A stretch of 64,000 bases of DNA from assembly GCA_020632095.1 (NCBI GenBank), contig JACKGF010000001.1, positions 605,366 to 669,365 of the forward strand, in the 5' to 3' direction. This document shows positions 8,971 to 18,346 of this stretch, one piece after another; the first letter of the stretch is position 1, and the number at the start of each line of letters is the position of its first letter. Both the position numbers and the translations under genes were made by a program. This DNA comes from Candidatus Nomurabacteria bacterium. GTDB taxonomy: Bacteria > Patescibacteriota > Minisyncoccia > Phycocordibacterales > UBA918. The notes under the pieces are model-generated. The model was given only the letters and a program-made list of their open reading frames with translations, ran no database searches and had not been told where the DNA came from.

Positions 8971-9447
8971 CTACCCTACCTCATTTTTCGCCTGCTCTGC
9001 CTTATGTCCAATCAAATTGGCAATAATCTGCATAAAAGTCGCCACACTAGACAAAGCCAAGAAAACCACCGGATAAATCGCATACGGCGTTATCAAATAG
9101 AAAAACATCACCATCGCTGTCGCCCAAATACCAAAACACCAAGGACAAGACATCAAGTCAGCAATAGTCCGGCGCGGCCCAGTCACAGGCTTTTCTAGCT
9201 TATAGCCCCGCCCTACTTTAACCAAATCCCAAAACTGCTCCCGAATAAACTTTGTAATCGCGTCATACAGAAACAAACGCACCACCCGCCACGAAGCCAG
9301 TGTTATCAGTACATAATCAACTAATTCAAGTTGTTCCAAAGGAATCCGAGCTTCAGTCTCAAGGATAATCGCCCCCATAATCACCAGCACAATGAAAAAC
9401 ACCGAAAAAACAAAATTCCAAAAATACTGGTCCGTAATCCGAATCAT
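8971..9447 (-). CDS. Membrane protein with a conserved SCPWCFGIW motif (possibly DUF1360-like).
   Basis: 3-4 TM helices. CxWC motif. Confidence 0.45.
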   Translation of the reverse strand: MIRITDQYFWNFVFSVFFIVLVIMGAIILETEARIPLEQLELVDYVLITLASWRVVRLFLYDAITKFIREQFWDLVKVGRGYKLEKPVTGPRRTIADLMSCPWCFGIWATAMVMFFYLITPYAIYPVVFLALSSVATFMQIIANLIGHKAEQAKNEVG

Positions 9448-9509
9448 AGTAAAACTATTATACCACCCCCACCAATCTCACCAACCCTAAGCAAATCGAA
9501 CAATCACTC

Positions 9510-9580
9510 TCCCTATTTAGAGACTCCCTAAGCCGGTCTTAGGGAGAGTAGTTACTTTCCCTAGGAAGGACCTAGGGAAC
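9510..9580. repeat. Two adjacent hairpins built on CCCTAGG / CTTAGGGAG motifs.
   Basis: ctccctaag-ccggt-cttagggag and tccctagg-aagga-cctaggga. Confidence 0.5.
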
Positions 9581-9992
9581 CCCCTTTATGCCCCCTATAA
9601 ATCTGAATTGTCGAACCAATTACAAACACTGAATATAAAATCACAAGCTCAATCAAACTAACTTGATCTTCTATACTAAACCAACCTCCACCATTAGGGT
9701 TGGATTTTAGATTTATGTAAAGTGAAATTAAAAAAATAACTGGAATAGCAACCCTTGCAAACTTCCACCAAGCATTAAAAACACTGTCTTTTAGTTTAAA
9801 TGTGAGCAGAGAGAAGAATAAGATGAAGGGGAAGAAAATAGAAAAATTAAAAATAACCTCAGAAGTTAAACTACACGCTATCGCATCAGAATTCTCATAA
9901 CAAATTTTAGGAATAGGAATTATTCTTAAAATAAACAAGTAAACCGTCCCTAACAACGAACCCCATATGACTATTCTTTTTAATTTATACAT
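9561..9992 (-). CDS. Membrane protein, hypothetical.
   Basis: 4 predicted TM helices. Directly downstream of the large secreted protein gene. Confidence 0.45.
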   Translation of the reverse strand: MYKLKRIVIWGSLLGTVYLFILRIIPIPKICYENSDAIACSLTSEVIFNFSIFFPFILFFSLLTFKLKDSVFNAWWKFARVAIPVIFLISLYINLKSNPNGGGWFSIEDQVSLIELVILYSVFVIGSTIQIYRGHKGGSLGPS

Positions 9993-9996
9993 ACAA

Positions 9997-12561
9997 TTAC
10001 TTATTATCTAATAATACACCGACAACTTCTTCCAACTCTAAATTTTCTTGAGCTGAAATAAATCTCAAACGCTCAAATATACTAGCTTGTCTTAATAAAA
10101 GTTTAAGAGCAATTCTTTCCCTTAAAACAAATTTTTCATTCTTTAGAGATTTTTTATAAGCTTTTTCAGCAGACTTAACCAATTTATGCATTAGTAAGTT
10201 AGGTAACTTATCAAGTTCAAAACCTTCAACTATTTGATACAAATCTTCATAGGTTATCTTTTTAGATTCTTTTATAGCCCCTTCAGTATCATAAGACACG
10301 TCTTCAGCTCCATCATTATCATAATCAACTACCAACACAGTATCCGAAATTGGTACTTCATTGCTTATTTCTAAAGTAACTTTTGTCCCTTTTGTAGACG
10401 GTATAGCTGAATAGGTATGCCTGGTAAATGACTCCCCTCTGTTTTCTTCCTCAACATCTAGAGTAAATGAGCCAGTTGCCTGACCATCAAGCATGAGGGT
10501 GAATTCCTCATTACTAGAAATAGAAATATATTGCAGTTCCCCATAACGTCGGTAGGTGGCAGAATCTACTTCGTTGGTAGAACTACTAACTTTTTTACCA
10601 GACGAGGTAACTAGTGACATATCCAGAGGAGAGTGTAGCTGAAAAACTAAACGCTCACCCTTAACGAGTACTGGTTCATTATCAGTCAAATAATCATAAG
10701 ATTTGTCTGACCCAGAATCAATAGTGTTAGCAACAAAATTTACTACATCAGGAACTTCTAAAATATTGTTATGTTTTCTGTCTATGTTGAATCTATTGTA
10801 AGCAGATAAATTCAACCACCACCGCTCCACCTTATCACCTGTCGCCAAAGTCAAGGCACTTGGTACTGTCACCGTCTCATCTCCATCAATAGTCATGTTT
10901 ATTCGGTAACTAATCTTAGGCTGGTATTCATTGCAGATAAATAGAGTCCTAGAAACACACTCTCGGTCAGAAAAGTAAGTTAGACTAGAAATGGTCTCTA
11001 ATCCAGTACCCCCTATTTGATAAACTTTCATCCCCTCACTTGGTGCAAAATTTTTCTGTACTATCTCTGTAGTTTCTGCATAATCAAACAGAAAATTATC
11101 TACTGTTTCAGGAGCTTCTAAATCTTCAAAATCTGGTTTAACACGCCCACTGTCTTTACTCAAAAATTGATAGAGTTCATCACGACTAGAAATATTTTCT
11201 CCATAAGTTTCAATCCATCCATTTGTAGCTTCTCCTGCCTCAAAAATTATTAACGGTGTTTCCACTGAATCAAAATAACTGGTAACTGGTAACAAATGAC
11301 GTGAAAAAGGCATAGTATTCATCAAACGTCTAACAACAGACTGTGGCATTACAGGATCTAAATCATCACCATGTAAAATCCCCAGAGCCGCCTTAGGTGA
11401 ACCTATTTGCGGCACAGCTACCAATATAACGTTGTCTATCTTATTCAAAAGCGGATCATTTGAATATTGTAGATTACTTATCAGTTGTTTTATTACTAAA
11501 CCGCCATTTGAATGAGCAACCACTGTCACCTTACCATTATCTGACCTCTCTGCTAAATCACTTAAAGTTTTGTAAAGAAGACCATCCTTTATGGTTTCCG
11601 ATTCCCCTAAAAATATATCGTCTGTACCGATTCTATAATTAGACTTGATTATGTCATCAAGCCTACCGCGCCAATCATAAGAAAATGCCACATAATCATC
11701 AATTAACTCGTTGTCTTTCATCTCTTTCAATTTTTTGATAAAAGATTTGTAAAGATTTAAACCTACCGCCTCATCTAATATACCCTCCGCGCCAAACTTT
11801 GTATAAACCTGATTAGTGCTTTGTCCGATAAAATTTGTTGTGAGACGAAGTTGTTGGCATTTATTGAAAGAAAACCAGAGTTGTCTTTCAGAATTAGATT
11901 TTTCACAAAATTCTCCCTCTTCATACAACCTAGAACCCATAATCCCCGGTAAAAACAAAACGCTCGAAGCTCCAGTTGGAACCGGACTTTCATATTCAAC
12001 AGTGAAGGGAATGGCCACTACTTCAGTGTAATCTGGATAGAAAGCATAAGCTGTTAGGGGTAGAAAAACGGCTTTAATCCACTGCTTCCAGAGCGGTTCG
12101 GCAGATGACTGTAAAATGGGTAATTCATACAATAAAACAGCCACGTACTCCCCTTCGGATAGAGGTGCTAGCTCAAAGTTATTCGCGTGGACAGTTGCCA
12201 CCTGTCGGTAGTCATCTCCTTCATGTTTAAATATTTGTAAAGGGTTAAAAGTAAAGTTATTAGGCTTATCTATAGAAAAAGAACCAGATACTAGCTCAGC
12301 TTCTGGCACCGATATAATTGAATTTGCAGTTACAGTTTGTCCATTGATAGTTACCGCATAGGTAAATGGAACGGGATCATCAGCATTAAAAGGGTTATTG
12401 CAGTCTACTATCGGATCTCTTTCTTCGACTAGACCTTCCCCGTAATCATATTCAGTAATAAAGTCACCGCAGCTGGCGTGAGTGTATAAAACGAAACTTA
12501 AGAAGAAGAATGTTATTGGTACTAAATATTTTATAAATGAAAGAGCTGATACAAATCTCAT
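9997..12561 (-). CDS. Large secreted protein with an alpha/beta-hydrolase (lipase/esterase, PGAP1-like) domain.
   Basis: N-terminal signal/TM. Nucleophile elbow VTVVAHSNGGLV. Confidence 0.55.
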   Translation of the reverse strand: MRFVSALSFIKYLVPITFFFLSFVLYTHASCGDFITEYDYGEGLVEERDPIVDCNNPFNADDPVPFTYAVTINGQTVTANSIISVPEAELVSGSFSIDKPNNFTFNPLQIFKHEGDDYRQVATVHANNFELAPLSEGEYVAVLLYELPILQSSAEPLWKQWIKAVFLPLTAYAFYPDYTEVVAIPFTVEYESPVPTGASSVLFLPGIMGSRLYEEGEFCEKSNSERQLWFSFNKCQQLRLTTNFIGQSTNQVYTKFGAEGILDEAVGLNLYKSFIKKLKEMKDNELIDDYVAFSYDWRGRLDDIIKSNYRIGTDDIFLGESETIKDGLLYKTLSDLAERSDNGKVTVVAHSNGGLVIKQLISNLQYSNDPLLNKIDNVILVAVPQIGSPKAALGILHGDDLDPVMPQSVVRRLMNTMPFSRHLLPVTSYFDSVETPLIIFEAGEATNGWIETYGENISSRDELYQFLSKDSGRVKPDFEDLEAPETVDNFLFDYAETTEIVQKNFAPSEGMKVYQIGGTGLETISSLTYFSDRECVSRTLFICNEYQPKISYRINMTIDGDETVTVPSALTLATGDKVERWWLNLSAYNRFNIDRKHNNILEVPDVVNFVANTIDSGSDKSYDYLTDNEPVLVKGERLVFQLHSPLDMSLVTSSGKKVSSSTNEVDSATYRRYGELQYISISSNEEFTLMLDGQATGSFTLDVEEENRGESFTRHTYSAIPSTKGTKVTLEISNEVPISDTVLVVDYDNDGAEDVSYDTEGAIKESKKITYEDLYQIVEGFELDKLPNLLMHKLVKSAEKAYKKSLKNEKFVLRERIALKLLLRQASIFERLRFISAQENLELEEVVGVLLDNK

Positions 12562-12571
12562 AAATTAGACA

Positions 12572-12724
12572 TTAAGTTGTGGTGATACCAGCGATTAGAA
12601 TCACTACCAAAACAGTAGCCACCACTGCCACAAAACTAAAAAGGAATTTATAAAAAGTCTTGTTAAGGAGCTTGGAATTAGCATCACTTGGACGTGGAGG
12701 GATTTGAGGTGACCATTGACTCAT
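12572..12724 (-). CDS. Small (50 aa) membrane protein ORF upstream of the large secreted protein.
   Basis: ATG...TAA. C-terminal TM helix FVAVVATVLVVILIAGI. Below the ORF-track size cutoff. Confidence 0.25.
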   Translation of the reverse strand: MSQWSPQIPPRPSDANSKLLNKTFYKFLFSFVAVVATVLVVILIAGITTT

Positions 12725-12792
12725 ACTGGTCAGTATAGCAGGTGATTAAAGAGGGTTTGGGAAAGTATTAACAGGTAACATGTCTCTGAGGC

Positions 12793-12835
12793 GGAGGTCG
12801 GTCCTCCGGAAAATTAAAGTGTGGTGTAATTTCAC
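12793..12835. repeat. Left terminal inverted repeat of the transposase unit, containing a REP-like hairpin.
   Basis: Its reverse complement attacaccacactttaattttccggaggaccgacctccgc nearly equals the right-end unit 13526-13567. Confidence 0.75.
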
Positions 12836-12849
12836 ACTTTCGAGCCTAA

Positions 12850-13527
12850 TCAATCTTCCACTTCTGTATAAGAAAGCCATTCTTCCATTTCGTCGTCGTA
12901 ATCTTTCTTATCTAGAAAATACTCTGGGAAGTTTTCAGTATTTAGAATTTTGGATTCTGGTCGCACAATACTATGGTCTAAATAACTAGAGTGGCTGTAA
13001 TTTCTAAGGTATTCTAATACTTCTGCCTTATCTTTTATCCCCTTCTCTCGCCAATCACTTTGAATCAATTTCACTGGATTCAAGTGAATATAGGAAAATA
13101 AATATTTAAGATACCCATCATCGTCAACGTGCTCCGACTTATACCTTCCTTCAAACAATGATCCAGTACGAAAGTTCTTCTTGTTAAAATACATCGAGTA
13201 ACCAGTTGATAATTTCTTCAAAAAGGCAGTCACTCCCCCATCAACTAGTGGTGTGAGCAGTATATGGAAATGATTTGGCATTAAGCAATACGCGCCGATC
13301 GCGACTTGCTGTTGACCTCTGTTAAAATCAAAAACTTTATCTTTATCAATATCTCGAAACTCAAACGAGGTAGTTCCATTCGAAATATATAATAACGCAC
13401 TAAATCTAGCGTAATCATCACTTGTGAGGAAAATTGCTTGTCGGGAGTTTCCTCTATTATATATATGATAGTACTCTCCTTCAGCAAACGGAATTTTTCT
13501 TCCTGACATCACTGGATTATACCACAC
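12850..13527 (-). CDS. Y1 HUH tyrosine transposase (IS200/IS605 TnpA-like / REP-associated tyrosine transposase).
   Basis: HUH motif CLMPNHFHILL. Tyrosine-containing YIHLNPVK motif. N-terminal YHIYNRGN. Flanked by inverted REP-like units. Confidence 0.75.
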   Translation of the reverse strand: MWYNPVMSGRKIPFAEGEYYHIYNRGNSRQAIFLTSDDYARFSALLYISNGTTSFEFRDIDKDKVFDFNRGQQQVAIGAYCLMPNHFHILLTPLVDGGVTAFLKKLSTGYSMYFNKKNFRTGSLFEGRYKSEHVDDDGYLKYLFSYIHLNPVKLIQSDWREKGIKDKAEVLEYLRNYSHSSYLDHSIVRPESKILNTENFPEYFLDKKDYDDEMEEWLSYTEVED

Positions 13528-13567
13528 ATTATTTTTCCGGAGGACCGACCTCCGGAGTTAGAGTACC
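13526..13567. repeat. Right terminal inverted repeat of the transposase unit, with a REP-like hairpin (ccggagg-accga-cctccgg).
   Basis: attataccacacattatttttccggaggaccgacctccggag. Confidence 0.75.
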
Positions 13568-13753
13568 TGGAGAGGGTTATTGGGATTCGGGGGTGATTTT
13601 CATGCGATTGCCCTGGTTATAGGGGACATTAGGGATTGGAGAAGACTCGAAGTTGCACTTTTTAAAAAAGACTGTACTATTATAAATACAAAGTGCCGCA
13701 AGGCTCCGAGAAACCCCGCGAAAGCGGGGTTTCGACTTTTCTACCCAATTCTT

Positions 13754-14158
13754 TTACGGACTCAGAAAACTTCTTAACTTCTCTTTAATCTGATTGAGCG
13801 TTGCCTGTGGTATTTCATACAACTTTCTATTGAACCGACGCACACTCACTAATTTCATCTGCGCTAGAATTACCGATACTTTCTGCTCGTGTATATCCAT
13901 GAAGTTAAAATAGAAATCTAAATTTTTTTGCTTTGACGATAAGGGAACACACCAGAACATATGATTGTTGAATTTTTTAATGACAAGCAGTGGTCTTGAA
14001 AAATTGCTTCCACCTCCATTTTGTTCATATCCAATATTCTTACCAACGGCAGACATCCAAACCTCTCTTTCCTTAGGAAAGAAGCCCACTTCAGCAGTGT
14101 CTGATTGGATCTTCTTTTTTAATGAATTCCAACCATCAAACTCTTTCAAATCGTCCAT
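13754..14158 (-). CDS. PemK/MazF-family toxin-like endoribonuclease with no obvious cognate antitoxin ORF.
   Basis: EVWMSAVGKNIGYEQNGGGSNFSRPLLVIKKFNNHMFWCVPLSSKQK matches the MazF/PemK core pattern (GxEQxGxRPxLVxS...VIxxPxTS). Confidence 0.55.
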   Translation of the reverse strand: MDDLKEFDGWNSLKKKIQSDTAEVGFFPKEREVWMSAVGKNIGYEQNGGGSNFSRPLLVIKKFNNHMFWCVPLSSKQKNLDFYFNFMDIHEQKVSVILAQMKLVSVRRFNRKLYEIPQATLNQIKEKLRSFLSP

Positions 14159-14189
14159 ATAATTAATAATAATATTGTATCACGCAAGA

Positions 14190-14470
14190 AAAACTACACA
14201 GACCTGTCTTTTGTAGACGTTATTACACCACACATTATTTTTCCGGAGGACCGACCTCCGGAGTTGATCTTTGTAGACGTTATTACACCACACATTATTT
14301 TTCCGGAGGACCGACCTCCGGAGTTGAAAACTACACAGACCTGTCTTTTTGTAGACGTTATTACACCACACATTATTTTCCGGAGGACCGACCTCCGGAG
14401 TTGATTTTTTCGGAGGACCGACCTCCGGAGTTGTTATTTTTTTCCGGAGGACCGACCTCCGGAGTTGTTT
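14190..14470. repeat. Array of REP-like palindromic units: five copies of the 19-nt hairpin ccggaggaccgacctccgg and three copies of a ~60-bp composite unit.
   Basis: Hairpin copies at 14243, 14303, 14380, 14410 and 14444. The longer unit gtagacgttattacaccacacattatttttccggaggaccgacctccggagttga occurs three times. ORF 14180..14371 is a translation of the repeats. Confidence 0.85.
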
Positions 14471-14483
14471 GTTTGGGACACCA

Positions 14484-14510
14484 AAAAGCCCCGCGGAGGC
14501 GGGGCTTTTT
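14484..14510. terminator. Bidirectional rho-independent terminator.
   Basis: aaaaagccccgc-ggag-gcggggcttttt. Confidence 0.6.
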
Positions 14511-14629
14511 GTGGCTTGGGCTTGCGCTTTGGCCGTTAGGTCTACAGTTTAGACAAGAATCTTAGCTGTATGAAATCTAAATGGATTAGATTTCAAGAGC
14601 GTCAGTTTCGAAGTCTTCAACTGGTCGAG

Positions 14630-16620
14630 CTACTTGTTGAGCTGTTGATTTCCAGCAGTAGTCTTGTAGTTCAAGCCATATACTCGAACTCCGTAGAATC
14701 CAGCTGTGGTTGGGTCTAGACTTACAGTAAGAGTGAAAGTCTTAGTCTCACCTTCTGAAACCTTGTATTGTGTACACAGTCTTAGCGTCTGAAGACAGTG
14801 ATTGTGTTGGAGTACCAGCATTTACTACTGTTCCTGAGCCATCTGTTACTTGGTAGTTAACACCAACAGTTCCCATTGCAGTTCCTGAAGCAGCTGTCTT
14901 GTTGATGAACAAGTCAGTATCAAACGCTGTTACATCAAACTTAAGAACGAATGTTCCTGAATCGTCTGTAGTGGTAGCGTCACTGTTTAGCTTCAATGTT
15001 TCAGTTGAGCTAACGAATTCGATTACAGCACCTTCAGTTCGAAGAGTGTGTTCGTCTCCTGTAGCTGTACCAGTTGAGGTAACATCATCAGCACCTTCAC
15101 CGTCGATATCACCGTCAGCATTAACGTAAGCTTGAACAGTTGTACCTTCGTTTCCAGCAGCTAATGACTTGAAGGTTAGAACCAATTCAACCTCAACTCG
15201 ATCTCCTGCGTCGATAACCACGTCACCATCTACGTTGAAAGTAAGAATTGCAGTAGAAGAAGCATTTCCTTCAACATCAACATCACTTATTTTAACGCCG
15301 TCGATAACAAGTTCTGCATCGTCAACGATGTTACCGTAAGTTGATGAAGAGACGTCAACGTATACAACAACTTCTGTAAGTTCGATGTCATTTGTACTGT
15401 CATCTGTATCGATATCAAATGCGAATACAGTGAAGTCATCTGATTTCTTGTTTGTTTCAACCTTTAGAGTAGTAGCGTCTGGGTCGTTTGATGAAGTCTT
15501 TACAATAATTTCATCATCAGCACCAGCTTCTTCTAGTGTGAATTCTGCAGTTTCGTTGTCTACAGTAGTATCTGTAGTTGCAACGCCATCAGCATCGAAG
15601 AATCGCATTGATTCTGTAGTTACAGTCCAAGTTGAAAGTTCTTCAGCATCAAGGTTTCCTTTGTACAGAAACTGCTACTGTGATTTCCACAGCTTCATCT
15701 TCCATAGCGATGATGTCTAGACCTGAGAATCGGATGATTCCGTCATCTTCGTCACCTAGGTAATCCTTCTTTGAATTTGCATCCTTTTCAGCCACTTTGT
15801 CACCGTCTACCCATAGAGAGACAGAATCAAAAGCGTCCCAAGCGTGTGCATTTGCATCATCACTTACGAAAGCAACGTCAAGTCGTGAGATTGAAGCGTC
15901 ACCACTAGCAAATTCAGCGGTGAAAACAGCAGCTTCTGCATCTTCAGCTCCTTCACTGATAGTGTCGTCTGAAGCGTCATCTGCTTCGTATGAATCTAGA
16001 TCAGCTTCTCCTGAAAGAGTAACTGTTTCTGAATCTTCTTCGTCCATGTCTTCATCTGTTGTGTCTTCTGGTGTCTCTACAACTGGGGCTGTTACACAAA
16101 GTGAGTTAGCCTTAGCTCGTGAAGATGGACCAAAGTATCCAGTTGGATTTACAAGTGCAGCTGGAGACAGGATGTCTGCTCGGTACTTAACTTGTAGCTT
16201 TGAAACAGCAGCTGCAGTCGCAGGACCGTAGAATTCTGTTTCCATTCCAGCTGAACCAGCGCCTTCAACTGCCACTCGTGTGTCAGCGTCAGCGTTTAGG
16301 AATTGCTGTAGCTTCATTACGTCTGCTCCCTTTGCGCCTGAAGACAGGTCACGTGTCCATGTGTATGGACATACTGATGCTGCAGAAGTACCACCTTGTC
16401 CAACTTGTGATTGAAGTGAGGCTACTTGTGCAAGCAGGTCATTGATCATTTTTTGTAGATCTTCGCTTGATTGTGCTCGCGCTGCTGGAGCGTAAGCTGC
16501 GAAAATCATTGAAGTTGCCACCGCAGCTACTGCTAGCTTTGAGACAACTGATTTTGTGATAGTAGTCATAACTATAATTATCTGTAATTTTGTTGTGCGT
16601 TTATTAATACGCATGCTCAC
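14630..16620 (-). pseudogene. Secreted peptidoglycan-binding acidic surface protein, interrupted by two frameshifts (three ORF pieces).
   Basis: Signal peptide plus PG_binding_1-like segment (DVMKLQQFLNADADTRVAVEGAGSAGMETEFYGPATAAAVSKLQ). D/T/V-rich low-complexity remainder continues through 15649/15608 and 14821/14748 in shifted frames. Confidence 0.45.
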
Positions 16621-17282
16621 TTACGTGAGCTTTATTTTGATAAGTCTAATAATATGAATTAATTCATATTCGTAAACGGCTTATCAGGCTACTTACGTAA
16701 TATCACTAACTCCATACCCGAGAGCATGAAGGTTAGCTGCGAAATGAGTCTGTGTGTCTGTGGGGCAGTCAGGACGGAAAAAGGTAAAGCGGGACACAAC
16801 CAAAAGAAATTGGGTGTGGATTTGTTTTGTTTTATATATATGGAGAGACTTAACATAAGAAAGCGTTAACTTATCCTGCGAAAGTAGGTCCAGCGATTCT
16901 CCCTAGGAAAGGTCGAATCGGGACATAAATTCGTAGTAGTCGCTACGCTCGTCTACTCATTTATCAAAGAACGTTACAACACCCTGTGCTTAATCTAGGT
17001 AGATGGAGCTTGCAGGTACTGCCTGTTTGCGTCCGCTCGACTTAGAAAAAAAGCGCACATGCGCGTATCTAGATAATAACACAAATTAAAGAATTCGTAG
17101 AGTTCACAGACTGTGGATACATGTTGTTATAAGATAACTAAATGTAAACGTAAAGACCGTAAACCTCTCATTTATACTTTAAAAAATATCATCTCTATCT
17201 GCTGTTTATGACGATACATCCTGCCAGTTCTTACCGAGTAAAATATTACAATACAATTTTTTAAGGTGGCAAGTTTTGTTTG

Positions 17283-17325
17283 GGCAGGGGTTTGGTGGGA
17301 CAAAGTCCCCACCAAACCCCTGCCC
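17283..17325. other. 17-bp perfect-stem hairpin.
   Basis: ggcaggggtttggtggg-acaaagt-ccccaccaaacccctgcc. Confidence 0.5.
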
Positions 17326-17470
17326 TGTCTCAGAGAAGTATCAGCCACTTTGAAGATGTAACAATGTCTCATATGAATGACAGCTCGTCTGTGTCAAAGT
17401 ACTTTATCTCTAAAATCTTGTCTGCATTATTTTTGTCTTATATTTAAAAGACGACAAACAGTATCAGACA

Positions 17471-18208
17471 TTACCTACTAACCGAATACCTAGACCAACG
17501 TCTTTCTCCTTCCCTAACAACTTGTCCTTTTTCTATGAGACTATTAAGCTCCCTTTGAATTGTCTTTTCGGAAACATCAGTGATAATTTCTGAAATGTCT
17601 TTAATCGTGGCTTGCGGTTTGGCTTCAAGGACTGTCTTTATTCGCTCCGATCTATCGGTCAATTGGCTATGGACCAGATAGGCATCAGTACTAATGTCCC
17701 CAGCTGGGACATTTACTCGGCGGCGACGCACTTGGCTTGATGTTCTCGTCTTGTCTCCAGCCAAATGTTGCGATGAGGTATACGGAGTTTCAACCAACTC
17801 TTCGACAGCAATACCTTTGTTCTGAAGATAGTGATGATTCAAATACCGCAGGACGGAGTCGAGTTGGTCAGCCAACAAGAGGAAAATATCTTGCGGAATG
17901 ACCCCCGCCATCTGGGCGACTCTGAGTGTACTCTCAAGGGCAACTAGTCCGTATTGGAATTGTAAAAGACCCTCACTTTGTTCGTGTGGTTGCAATGCTA
18001 GTGTCCTTAATGACAACTCATGAGTCTTTAATGCTCTGTCCTTTATTATCTGAATATGTGTCTCTATGTTGGCGTTATTTCTTGTCTCAGACAAAATGTA
18101 GAAAGTAACAGACACAATCTTCTCTGTCTTCTTAAAGACATTGTTATAGTAGTCTGTATCGTCTGAGAGTCTTTTAATTTTTATTGTTTTGTCTTTTTCG
18201 GTTTCCAT
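17471..18208 (-). CDS. Hypothetical protein with a C-terminal HTH/winged-helix DNA-binding region.
   Basis: C-terminal ATIKDISEIITDVSEKTIQRELNSLIEKGQVVREG. Confidence 0.45.
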   Translation of the reverse strand: METEKDKTIKIKRLSDDTDYYNNVFKKTEKIVSVTFYILSETRNNANIETHIQIIKDRALKTHELSLRTLALQPHEQSEGLLQFQYGLVALESTLRVAQMAGVIPQDIFLLLADQLDSVLRYLNHHYLQNKGIAVEELVETPYTSSQHLAGDKTRTSSQVRRRRVNVPAGDISTDAYLVHSQLTDRSERIKTVLEAKPQATIKDISEIITDVSEKTIQRELNSLIEKGQVVREGERRWSRYSVSR

Positions 18209-18346
18209 ATCTTGACTGTTCTTTAGAATGTATTAAAGACTAATTCTTAGTTGTACTTAATACCACTATAAAGACATCTGGACAACTTTGCAAGGGGTGT
18301 CTTTTTAGGATTTTAACCTTGTCTTTTCTGAACTAAACCTTGTATC

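Noticed and set aside
12780-12989. 69-aa plus-strand ORF.
   Set aside because: It overlaps the REP terminal repeat and the 3' end of the transposase gene on the opposite strand.
14180-14371. 63-aa ORF with a repeated WCNNVYK peptide.
   Set aside because: It is a translation of the REP array.
14190-14470. Possible CRISPR array.
   Set aside because: The repeats are hairpin REP-like units with short non-unique linkers. There are no spacers of regular length and no cas genes anywhere in the window.
16621-17470. tmRNA, RNase P RNA or SRP RNA in the long intergenic region.
   Set aside because: I searched by eye for GGATTCGA / tmRNA 3' end, the RNase P P4 motif GGAAAGTCCGG and the SRP GGAAGCAGC motif. 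None is present.
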